Under the pieces are notes generated by a model. That model saw only the letters and a list, made by a program, of their open reading frames with translations. It made no database searches and had not been told where the DNA came from. A DNA stretch of 64,000 nucleotides from Octopus sinensis (Eukaryota), in the NCBI RefSeq assembly GCF_006345805.1, contig NC_042998.1, forward strand, positions 62,310,001 through 62,374,000. Reading direction: 5' to 3'. Position numbers and translations under genes: made by a program. How positions within the stretch are numbered: position 1 is the stretch's first letter; each line of letters begins with the position of its first letter. This document shows positions 53,508-64,000 of the stretch, piece after piece.

Positions 53508-53839
53508 CAATACCACCAATACCACCACCACCATCACCATCAGCTCCTCCTCCTCCTCCTCCTCCTCCTAATACTACTACCACCACCACTGCCACCACCA
53601 CCACACCACCACCACTACTACTACTACCGCCACCTCCGCCGCCACCACAACTACTACTACTACTATTACCACCGCCACTACCACTACTGCTACCACCAAT
53701 ACCATCACAACCACCACCACCACCACCACCACTACTACTACTACTACAACTACTACTACTATTACCACTGCCACTACCACTACCACTACAGCTACGACCA
53801 ATACCATCACCACCACCACCGCCACCACCACCACCACCA

Positions 53840-53879
<40 letters not shown>

Positions 53880-53880
53880 G
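52320..53880. repeat. (GA)n-rich and (ACT/ACC)n low-complexity field
   Basis: Directly visible. Confidence 0.9.
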
Positions 53881-54547
53881 TGTCACTAAAAAATGCATCA
53901 CTTACCAAAAAGAAGGAAAAAAACGGGTGACCATATGTTTATTGGTACTTTTAAGAGAATCACTTTGTGCTCTTCAATCCCCGCTTCCGGTGTTGTTATT
54001 GTTGTTGTTGATATTGCTCGCTTTTTTGCATGTTGTTGATAATGTTGTCGTCGTTTCTGGTACTCTTGTTTTTCTATTGTATTGCCTAATGTCGTTGTTG
54101 CTTTTTTTGTTGTCGTTATTGCTTATGCTGTTGTCGTTCCACGCATTTTTATATTTTCGTTGTGGATAGTGTTGTTGCTCTTTGCGATTGTTTTGGTGCT
54201 GTGCCGCCAATATTGTTGTCAATATTTGTTCTGTCGTTGCCGCTCTTGTCGTTATTGTTGTTGTTCGTAGTGTTACCGTGTCCCCCATTTTTTTTTATGG
54301 CAATGCCGTCTTTATTCCTCGCCTATTGAATAATTTCTTTTCCATTACGCTACATTCACGGCTTCACTACCATGACACCACGAACAAATGGCCATGTTAA
54401 CACGTGATTGCACTAACATAAGCCCACATTAGCATACGACCACACGAACATTTCAACACAGTCACAAACGAACATCCACATCGTTATACTAACACATGAT
54501 GATATACACACATGCACACACCTCTCTCTGAGAATTTTCAGTTTTAT

Positions 54548-54930
54548 TTCAACTGGCAGAAACGTTAGCACGCCGGGCGAAATGCGTAGCCGTATTTCCC
54601 CTGTCGTTACGTTCTGAGTTCAAATTCCGCCGAGGTCGACTTTGCCTTTTATCCTTTTGGGGTCCATTAAATAAGTACCAGTTACACACTGGGGTCGATA
54701 TATATCGACTTAATCCGTTCGTCTGTCCTTGTTTGTCCTCTCTGTGTTTAGCCCCTTGTGGGTAGTAAAGAAATAGGTATTTCTTCTGTCTTTATGCTCT
54801 GAGTTCGAATTCCGCCGAGGTCGACTTTGCCTTTCATCCTTTCGGGGTCAATAGATTGAGTACCAGTTGCGTATTGAGGATGATCTAATCGACAGCCCCC
54901 TCCCACCAAATTCCGGGCCTTGTGCTTTGA
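54548..54930 (+). mobile_element. SINE family B dimer
   Basis: Two GAGGTCGACTTTGCCTTT units. Confidence 0.85.
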
Positions 54931-56446
54931 GTACAAAATATTTCTTGCCAATAGAGAAAGAGCCGGTATCTAACCTAGATGTATGTATGTATGTATGTAT
55001 GTATGTATGTATGTATGTATGTATGTATGTATGTATGTATGTATGTATGTATGTATGTATGTATGTGCGTATGACTGGATGGATGGATAGACATATGTGT
55101 GTATGTACGTACATACATACATACATACATACATACATACATACATACACACATACATACATACATACATACTTACATACATACGTAATGCATACACACA
55201 CACACACAACCTCACATCACACATGTAACAAATGATAGAGACGGCAAATGGAATATACGCGAAACTTTATTGCTCACAACGATCGCTTCGACCCATCTTG
55301 CATACATCCCTCGCGGGTGGGATCGGTAAGTTCTGAGGATGTCTCCATATTAGGATATTCTTTATCACACACACACACGCACACATACATATATACATGA
55401 ATACATATACATATATATATATATTATATATATATATATATTATATATATATATATATATATAGATATATACATACATGCATATATACGTGTGTGCGTGT
55501 GTGTTGTGGGTTGACAGAACCTTCCAAAACTAGACATCGATATTTAAGCATTATTTAAGCCTAATTAGATTACCTGTAAAGAAAACCAAATAATATCAAA
55601 CTAAGCGATCCCCACAAACTATAATTCTACAAACACCTTACATTTTCCAAACACGAAAGACAACCCAGAATAACAACGCTAAGATATAAGAAATTCAAAG
55701 TCTCTCATCATCAGCTGCCCAAACAAATATCACTGTGGTTTCGATACCTGAGAAGTACCATTCGATCCGGCGATGTCTACAACGTTAAAAATATAAACGC
55801 GGCCTGCGAATCTAGCTGCTTATAGTGATAACTTATAACTAGAAAATAGTACTTATAATAAAGAACTAATTTCAAAAGAACATTCAGACAATACAACAAA
55901 CAAAGAGTACTTGATATTTTATTTCTCAATCAACATTACATCACGAACATGAAATCACACCCAAAACAAGCCTAATAAAAATTAGTGGAACAGTACATCT
56001 TGTAAACAACGTCCTCGAACAATATACAAGGAAAAAGACAAGCTTAGATCAATATCTATGAAACGAGTTCAATGCTATAAAGTATATTAACCAAATAAAT
56101 TGCTTATTAAAAGTAAAACAATAAAAAAAGAAATAGTGTTAAATTAAAGATACTATATATAACACATACATACACATACGCGTGCACACACACATACACA
56201 TGAGCGAGCACACACACATACACAATCAGCCAACGAGCTCATTACTTTGGAGCAACTGAAATTATCCTTAATTATAGAATGAATAAATATGTTGTCTAAA
56301 CAAACATATACACTTGCAAACGATAAACAATGAGTAATACTAAATCAGAAAATACTGTTTGAAATATAATACATACATACATACATACATACATACATAC
56401 ATACATACATACATACATACATACATAAAAACATAATACATACATA

Positions 56447-56519
<73 letters not shown>

Positions 56520-56578
56520 TATTTTAGTGAGGGAAGAAATGGAGCTGAACGAAGATTTTACAAAATTCCTTTTTATTA

Positions 56579-56662
56579 TTTTCTACATATGTTTCAAAGG
56601 CTGCAAAGTCCCTAATTCGGATTGAATAAGGAGACCATTTTGCAGCTTTCTCTTCAGGAAAA
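56579..56662 (-). ncRNA. Type I hammerhead ribozyme motif in the native 3' repeat
   Basis: TTTTC-CTGAAGA-GAAAGCTGCAAA..TTTGCAGCCTTT-GAAA-CATATG-TA-GAAAA; palindromic stem III ACATATGT. Confidence 0.85.
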
Positions 56663-57258
56663 CCCAGGAACTAAATCTCCAAACAAAGGCGCAAGCAAGC
56701 TTTTCGACAAACTTCTCTAGGAGCCCATGGTTATGAATGGCACAAAATGTCTCTCAATATGCGTTGACGTCAGGTGGTGGGGTGAAAGCCGACGAAAAGT
56801 CCGTTGAGATAATTCGAGGTCAAAATCCGGTTAACATTGGGGAGGGGGAAGAATTACAGAAAACCAAAGAGTGTGAATATATCTGTATAACTAGTGTTAA
56901 TATTCGAATTGTTTTTAAGAATGCTGTATCGTGTTTGGGTGTGAGAAACTACCTACATGTATGTGTGGTGTGCGCCTATGTATGTGTGGCAGTATGTTTA
57001 GGAAGCAGCTAGGGAGAAATATTTAGCAGCTATTAATGGTCAAGCAGCTGATAAAAACCTGTGTCTGTGTGTTCGTCTGTGACCAGTTTATTGAGAGATG
57101 ACTTGTCAACAAGGGGAGTATAATCCCTGATAGTGTTTCTAAATAAGTGGCAGTTCAAACGCTAAAAGGGGAGTAATTTCCCCTTTCAAATTTAATTCAA
57201 AATTTTTTCCAAATTTTTTTCCTTTCTTAGGACATCAAGGTGTTAATTATCTTAGACT

Positions 57259-59760
57259 TCAATTGTATGCAAGAAATGTATGCCGCCTCCAGTGCGGACA
57301 TCTAAAAGAGTTTTGCAAATCGAGGTTAAATAGTTGCCCTCGGGCGAACAAAATGTGAAAAAGTTCAGAGTTGCAAGATACAGATTCTTTTGCCTCTATC
57401 AAACGGTACAGACACCGATAAAATCGACCATTCCAGTCTAAAGGCTGAATTCGCGTTCTTCAAACGCCGACTAATTTACTTAGTCCGGTCGCGTGTTGCT
57501 TTCCAAAATCGCGAAACGTTTGTGAAGTGGTTCGATATTCAACGGCCAATTTTGATGATGACGCTCCGATATACAAGTAGACATCTGATCCAGTATAAAC
57601 TCTGCATTGGTAAATGGCGTTTCTAATCTTGGAATTACTAGATAAGAACCTTATTCTATTGGGATTGGCTTCCAATATTAATACGGCGCGTTCTTATTAC
57701 TATGATGATTGTAAGAACTACGGCTTGTCTTCGACATTATACACCCCATTATCAATACTAATTAATGGAATATCACTGATATTCCCTGCCACTGAGATCG
57801 CTGTGATTGCTATGTCCGTGATGCTACTGTTGTTAAAACCGCTGCTAAAATTATCCTTATTCTTATAAAATTATGCTTATAAAATTATGCTCTTATCATT
57901 ATTCCTATTATTAACTCCAATGGCTGGTATGGAGATTGCTAACTCTTTGTGCCGGTTCTATTATCATTATTATGATTATTATTATTACTGCGCGTTATTC
58001 TGGCATATTAGACGGAGCTGCGGCGTCTCCGAACGTAGGTGTTAGGTGAGATGAGAGGGTCTATTTTAGCAAGTTTTAGGTATGGAGGAATTATCTGTGA
58101 GAGAATTTTTAGTATTGGAGAAGGCTATCCAAACTTTGTGTGAGTTAACAGTGCGTAATATCTGGAATTTCTGGGAAAATTACTGGCAATGGCTTGGCGG
58201 AAACTTCAGGGGTAGGTTAGATCTTATTTGTTTACCAAAGGGAATTACAAAACCAAAAATATATTTATTCATGTTTTGTACTGGATCGGGGAGTCAACTC
58301 TGACATTAAGGTGGGTATTTCTAGGTTGAATAATAGGTTTTGGCTTACATGGCCTCCCCTGGACCGCAAATTATTTTATGTTATATCTATATTATTCTAG
58401 ATGTACTTGTTTCGACATTCCTCAGGCTACCATCACACTACTTAAATTATTTTGTTATTGTAGCTGGCCCTATCCTGATGACAGAATGCTGGCTTCGGAA
58501 GGGCGGGCCGGAATCTATATATACTACCTTCTCCTATAACCGGCTTTAGGACAGGGCGGCATTATAAAATTCCGCTTTCTGCTAAAAAATGTCGACATTG
58601 CAGACAAAACTAGTTAATCTTTGAGAAATATTTTTAACCAAATTGTCTGTTATAGTTTTAGTGTGGTTCGAGAAAACACTGACATACTTTAAGTTAGTGG
58701 AAGGGAAGCTTGTGGTAGGGGCAGTAAGAATCGCTATGGAGGTTTAGTGTGACATCTAAGAAATTAGCCTTAGTAAGTTCGTTATCAAAAACTATACTCA
58801 TGCCCATCCTATTAAAGAACACTAGCTAATCTATTTTAGTTTTCTGTACGTTCTGTTCGGGGTGTTTTGTAGGTAAAAAAGACAATCGTCACGATATAGG
58901 CCGCCACCGATGTCCGGGAATTGGTCGGATAATTCATAGAGAATATAGATTCCGACCAAATCGGCATCTGCGCGCTATCTGAACTACCCCATAGGTACAT
59001 CGAACTCGTTGGGAGTATCCTTACGACCACCACAACTTATTTTCAAACTTTATAAATGATTTTCTGGCGACTAGAATTATATCAATTTCTTCTCTAGTGA
59101 GACCTGCCTTATTATGTGCATGCCACAGGGCCTTATTAAGTACACTAGGGTAATTGAGGGGTAGAAATTAGCAATATCGAACTGAATGAACTTAGTTCGG
59201 TTTTTATTAGGATAGAAGAGAACCACTTTACGACTTGCGAGGAGTTCGCCAGAGGTTAAGCTTAAGCTTATTGACTAAACTAGGAATGTATTTGTCTAAA
59301 AGGTACTTACTGATGGCGCCGATGTCAGAACTAGAAGGGCATATGAGCCTTAATGCTGGTTGGTTGTGGAATTGTAGAAATTTGGTTTGTGGTCCTTAAC
59401 GCTGAATCTAGGTTGTTTAGGGCTAAGCGGCTGTGTTCTCATTTGAATTCCATAATTAACCATTATTTTCTTAATCTCCAAGTTGACTTTTCTCAGTGTG
59501 TTCCTATTTGTGGTTCTATAGTTCTTCTGGATCTCTTTCCGAGTGTAATTCTAAGTACTGGTTAATGGGTAACTTGTACGTGTTCCTTGTTTTGTCAGAT
59601 TGGACCAGGATTCCGTCTGACCTGTTAATATCCTTAGTAATTTTCTTAGGTATCTGCGGTGTTCATACCTCCGGGGTGACTTCCTGAATTTAATCCTCCT
59701 TACAATGCCCCATAGTCATCCTCAAATTTCTTCAGTCTTGGGTGGGGTGTGGTGGTGTCT
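57259..59760 (-). pseudogene. Frameshifted PLE RT-GIY-YIG ORF (Naiad-like), N-terminally truncated
   Basis: Reconstructed across 1-nt indels: ILVQSDKTRNTYKL; VKDHKPNFY..LRLICPSSSDIGAISK; FIQFDIANFYPSI; FDVPMGSSDSAQ.ADLVGIYIL; GGLYRDD (58885-58896); NFLDVTLNL; IFWFVIPFGKQIRSN; NAIYQCRV..YIGAS..RISNH..ICNLC..RCPHWRRH..YN*. Confidence 0.88.
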
Positions 59761-60748
59761 CCATCGACTTAAAAAGCCTTAAAAACGCATTACCATGCAG
59801 AGTTTATACTGAATCAGATGTCTACTTGTATATCGGAGCGAGCGTCATCATCAAAATTGGCCGTCGTTAGAATATCGAACCATTTCACAACGTTTCGCGA
59901 TTTTGGGAAAGCAACACGCGACCGGACTAAGTAAATTAGTCTGGCGTTTGAAGAACGCGAATTCAGCCTTAGACTGGAATGGTCGATTTATCGGTGTCTG
60001 TACCGTTTGATAGAGGCAAAAGAATCTGTGAATCTTTGCAACTCTGAACTTTTTCACATTTTGTTCGCCCGAGGGCAACTAGTTAACTCGATTTTGCAAA
60101 ACTCTTTTAGATGTTCGCACTGGAGGCGGCATACATTTCTTGCATACAATTGAAGTCTAAGATAATTAACACCTTGATGTCCTAAGAAAGGAAAAAATTT
60201 GGAAAAAAATTTTGAATTAAATTTGAAAGGGGAAATTACTCCCCTTTTAGCGTTTGAACTGCCACTTATTTAGAAACACTATCAGGGATTATACTCCCCT
60301 TGTTGACAAGTCATCTCTCTATAAACTGGTCACAGACGAACACACAGACACAGGTTTTTATCAGCTGCTTGACCATTAATAGCTGCTAAATATTTCTCCC
60401 TAGCTGCTTCCTAAACATACTGCCACACATACATAGGCGCACACACACATACATGTAGGTAGTTTCTCACACCCAAACACGATAGCATTCATTCTTAAAA
60501 CAATTCGAATATTAACACTAGTTATACAGAATATATTCACACTCTTTGGTTTTCTGTAATTCTTCCCCTCCCCAATGTTAACCGGATTTTGACCTCGAAT
60601 TATCTCAACGGACTTTTTCGTCGGCTTTCACCCACCCTGACGTCAACGCATATTGAGAGACAGTTTTGTGCCATTCATACCCTGGGCTCCTAGAGAGCGT
60701 TTGTCGAAAAGCTTGCTGCGCATTTTGTTTGGAGATTTAAGTTCCTGG

Positions 60749-60831
60749 ATTTTCTGAAGAGAAAGCTGCAAAATGGTCTCCTTATTCAATCCGAATAGGG
60801 ACTTTGCAGCCTTTGAAACATATGTAGAAAA
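60749..60831 (+). ncRNA. Type I hammerhead ribozyme motif in the inverted arm
   Basis: ATTTT-CTGAAGA-GAAAGCTGCAAA..TTTGCAGCCTTT-GAAA-CATATG-TA-GAAAA. Confidence 0.85.
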
Positions 60832-61099
60832 ATAATAAAAAGGAATTTTGTAAAATCTTCGTTCAGCTCCATTCTTCCTCACTAAATATATAACTTCAAT
60901 TATCCGCACTAAGGCAGGGTTGCGATACCCCATGGTCGTAACCTCAACCGTGATTTTTCTGTTGTGATTTTGCTACCCAGGTGTCGGTTATAATTTGAAT
61001 TAATCCGTAACAAGATAATTCATTATCCATTTCAATATATATATATATATTATATATATATATATATATAATACAACATATATATATATATATATATAT

Positions 61100-61143
<44 letters not shown>

Positions 61144-61270
61144 ACAAATATATTTTATATATAAAAACATATATATACACGCATATATACATATATATAT
61201 ATACAATAATTATATATACATATATATTCAAATACCAATATATACATATATATTTATGTTATATAATATG

Positions 61271-61301
<31 letters not shown>

Positions 61302-61364
61302 AAGAGATAGATATAAATATATATATAAAACATATAGATATATATTTTATATTATTCTTTTATT

Positions 61365-61555
61365 CTTTCTTTCTTTTATTTGTTTCAGTCATTTGACTGC
61401 GACCATGCTGGAGCACCACCTTTAGTCGAACAAATCGACCTTAGGACTTTCGTAAGCCTAGTACTTATTCTATCGTCTCTTTTGCCGAACTGCGAAGTTA
61501 CCTTAAGCACACTAGCATCGGTTGTTAAGCGATGTTGGGGAACAAACTTACATAG

Positions 61556-61623
<68 letters not shown>

Positions 61624-61765
61624 CGGGCTTCTTTCAGTTTCCGTCTACCAAATCCTCTCACAAGGCTATAGTAGAAGACACTTTCCGGAGGTGCCACACA
61701 GTGGGACTGAACCTGGAAGTATGTGGTTGGTAAGCAAGCTATTTATCACACAGCCACTCCTGCGC
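61365..61765 (-). mobile_element. SINE family A copy
   Basis: Reverse complement of the consensus with an internal (CA)n. Confidence 0.85.
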
Positions 61766-61833
61766 CTAAAAATTAACTAGAAATGGCAGCGAAGGGATAT
61801 ATATATATATATATATATACATACGTGTGTATG

Positions 61834-61867
<34 letters not shown>

Positions 61868-62796
61868 TGTATGTATGTATGTATGTATGTATGTATGTAT
61901 GTATGTATGTATGTATGTATGTATGTATGTGTGCATATGTGTGTGTGTGTGCTCATCTGTATGTGTGTGAATTTTGGGAATTGGGAGATTCAGTCACTTA
62001 TAGTAATATTCATTTCAACTTGACTAGGATTCTTCAGGCTGGTGAAGATTTGATATGGTGGGTTTGGTTTGGAGGGTTTTTTTGGGTTTTCCGTGTGTGG
62101 TGTGGCAACATCTCTTATGGGCTTAGGGGCTGTTTCCACTCTCTTTAGCTTTTATTTTTTAATGTATGCGGTGTTGACATACGTGTTTGTGCGTATATGT
62201 TTTTTGGAGCCGAGATTTCAAACACGGTTTCAACTATTACAGGGGAGATAATCATTTCATTTTTTTCATAAAAAAACTAGGTAATTCTTATGTTAATGGT
62301 ATTTAGCTATAATAATAATAATTTTGTTTATCATAGGAACAATATTGAAAGGGACATTTCCCTCATCTTTTCACCTCTCATCACTACTTTTACGTCCATC
62401 CTCTCCAACCCCGAACTGATAATAAGCTGTCCTTTCCCTCAAGAATATTGGTCCTTTGGGGGTCTTCTTCCTGGTCATGCCTTTCCTGTAATCCGAAATA
62501 CACCAATCCCCCCACTGTGGAGGACTGTCCAGGTTGCCAGCTTGCCCGATGGCAAGTGAGCCTCTGCGCCATTAGAATCCAGATATGAGGGCCCATGTTA
62601 GTATTTAAGGGGCCCATCCCCTCGAGTCTGAGAATTTTTTATTAACTCCTGGAAGAATGCATTAATTATTTCAGCCTGGTGTGTTTGTAGACAATTGAAA
62701 AGAATAGTTTAAAAAAAATTTAATTAAATAATAGCATTGTAGTTGCGGGTGGGCCTCCTTAGTCTCCTGGCAACCAATACTTTTAGATCCAGGCCG

Positions 62797-63020
62797 CTAC
62801 TGCCCTCGATTATCACGGGTGTTACGCGCCAAAACCCCGCGCCATAGGTGAAAATCCGCCAAGTAGAAACAATATTATACTGTATAACTTTTTAAAAATT
62901 ATTTTTATAACTTGTATATATTTATTTTATTATAAATGCAAAACAACACCACAGAGGAATCGACGTAAGCTAAATTAATAAACCGCGATAGGTGAACCGC
63001 GATATGGCGAGTGATTACTG
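62797..63020. mobile_element. Tigger/pogo-like MITE copy (opposite orientation to 37598-37821)
   Basis: ..AAACCGCGATAGGTGAACCGCGATATGGCGAGTGATTACTG-TA; other end degenerate. Confidence 0.7.
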
Positions 63021-63129
63021 TACTCCTAAAGAAATCATGAACGGAAGCAATCACAGCAGTCAAGGAGTGTCTGCGAAGGTTATGGGCTCGGCCTCTTCTT
63101 TCAGCCTCAGCAAGAAAGGAAATTACGTC

Positions 63130-63458
63130 TTTTATCTTTTACTTGTGGCCATGCTGGAGCAAGTCGAATGTACTTTTTTTAAGGCCTGGTACTTTATCAG
63201 TCCATTTGGCCGAACTGCTTGACAACCGGTGCTGACGTAAACTCATCAAAACCGGTTATCAAGTGGTGGTGGGGCACACACACATATTTATATATACAAC
63301 GGGCTTCTTTCAGTTTCCGTCTACCAAATCCACCCAGAAGGATTTGGTCGGCCTGGGGCTATAATAGAAGAGACTTGCCCAAGGTTCCATACAGTGGGAC
63401 TGAACCCGGAAGCATGTGGTTGGGAAGCAAACCTCTTACCACACAACCACACCCGCCC
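63130..63458 (-). mobile_element. SINE family A copy (diverged)
   Basis: GGCCATGCTGGAGCA ... GGGACTGAACCCGG..CTTACCACACAACCAC. Confidence 0.75.
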
Positions 63459-64000
63459 TAGACAAGTATTTTCGTGTCCCAGTAACACGATGAAACGCTG
63501 GTGGTACAATACGAAACTCGAACCTATCAGTTAACACGTCTGTCCTTTAGTGATTAACTCAGCTGCACAAGGAATATAGTAAAAATGTGAGCTATTTAAT
63601 TAGCCTTCGAGCTAATTAAATAAAACATACTATATTTTAGAAGATATTTAATTAATTATTTTTTCTATCAATTCATATTAATGCATTTTCTGGTGAGATG
63701 TCATAATTTGCCAGAAAATTTGTCATTTTTATAGAAGAAGAGAAGAGAGAAACATTAATTATTTGCTGCTGATGGTGTAATCTCTTATTCACTTTCATTA
63801 ATCTTTTCGTGAGTTTACTAGCTAAGTTCTGGTGGTACATTAGTAGAGTCGTTAGAGCATCGGATAAAGCATCTAGTGCTTTTTATTATAGCTCTCTCAA
63901 CTCTGAGTTCAAATACTATTATCTTTACTTTTCTTTTTATATTTTCAGGGACGATATATAAAGCTGCAGTCGAAGGATATGAATTGACGGAATTGTTAGG

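Larger units (their letters stand above)
56519..60889 (-). mobile_element. Naiad-like Penelope-like element with about 1.1-kb inverted repeat (56519-57626 / 59779-60889)
   Basis: Arms are reverse complements; the interior encodes a PLE RT + GIY-YIG on the minus strand; one HHR in each arm. Confidence 0.9.

Noticed and set aside
53900-54290. Thr/Asn-rich minus-strand frame ending at GTAAGT
   Set aside because: Low-complexity (AAC)n-derived sequence with an upstream in-frame stop and no acceptor
55275-55335. GAAGCGATCGTT with a GATCC/GGGTC stem, a possible HHR relic
   Set aside because: No CTGANGA half and a mutated GAAA
55700-55750. Minus-strand GAAAC..CTGATGA as a type II HHR
   Set aside because: Stems II and III cannot be paired in register
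57610-59790. TpA-rich, CpG-retaining interior suggesting foreign (fungal/RIP) DNA
   Set aside because: Explained by the PLE coding sequence; stops arise from indels, not C-to-T transitions
62000-62650. CTGAAGA..GAAA on the minus strand near 62030 and an AQRLTCHRAS peptide (possible GIY-YIG relic)
   Set aside because: Stems I and III absent and the peptide match is too short to support a call

Overview
Repeat-dominated, AT-rich animal genomic DNA, most likely an octopus/coleoid cephalopod. This is inferred from the SINE families and the extreme (TA)n/(CATA)n/(ATT)n load, not from a marker gene. Almost all ORFs in the supplied track are microsatellite artefacts. Real content: (1) dozens of tRNA-derived and RTE-related SINE copies; (2) decayed LINEs (two R4/Dong-type RLE fragments, a CR1/L2-group RT, an RTE tail), mariner/Tc1 remnants and MITEs; (3) a few candidate exons of an unidentified + strand host gene (about 14.4-25.2 kb); (4) the main signal, a dense set of Penelope-like elements (PLEs) and PLE-type repeats carrying type I hammerhead ribozyme (HHR) motifs. 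Ten full-core HHR-like motifs were read by eye (4.5, 21.7, 22.4, 24.0, 24.4, 29.6, 30.8, 34.8, 56.6, 60.8 kb), plus a core-mutated one (46.5 kb) and two half motifs. Three structures are inverted repeats with one outward-pointing HHR in each arm. The largest (56.5-60.9 kb) encloses a Naiad-like RT + GIY-YIG gene missed by the ORF track because it is broken almost only by 1-nt indels. Coordinates were counted manually and repeat boundaries are approximate.
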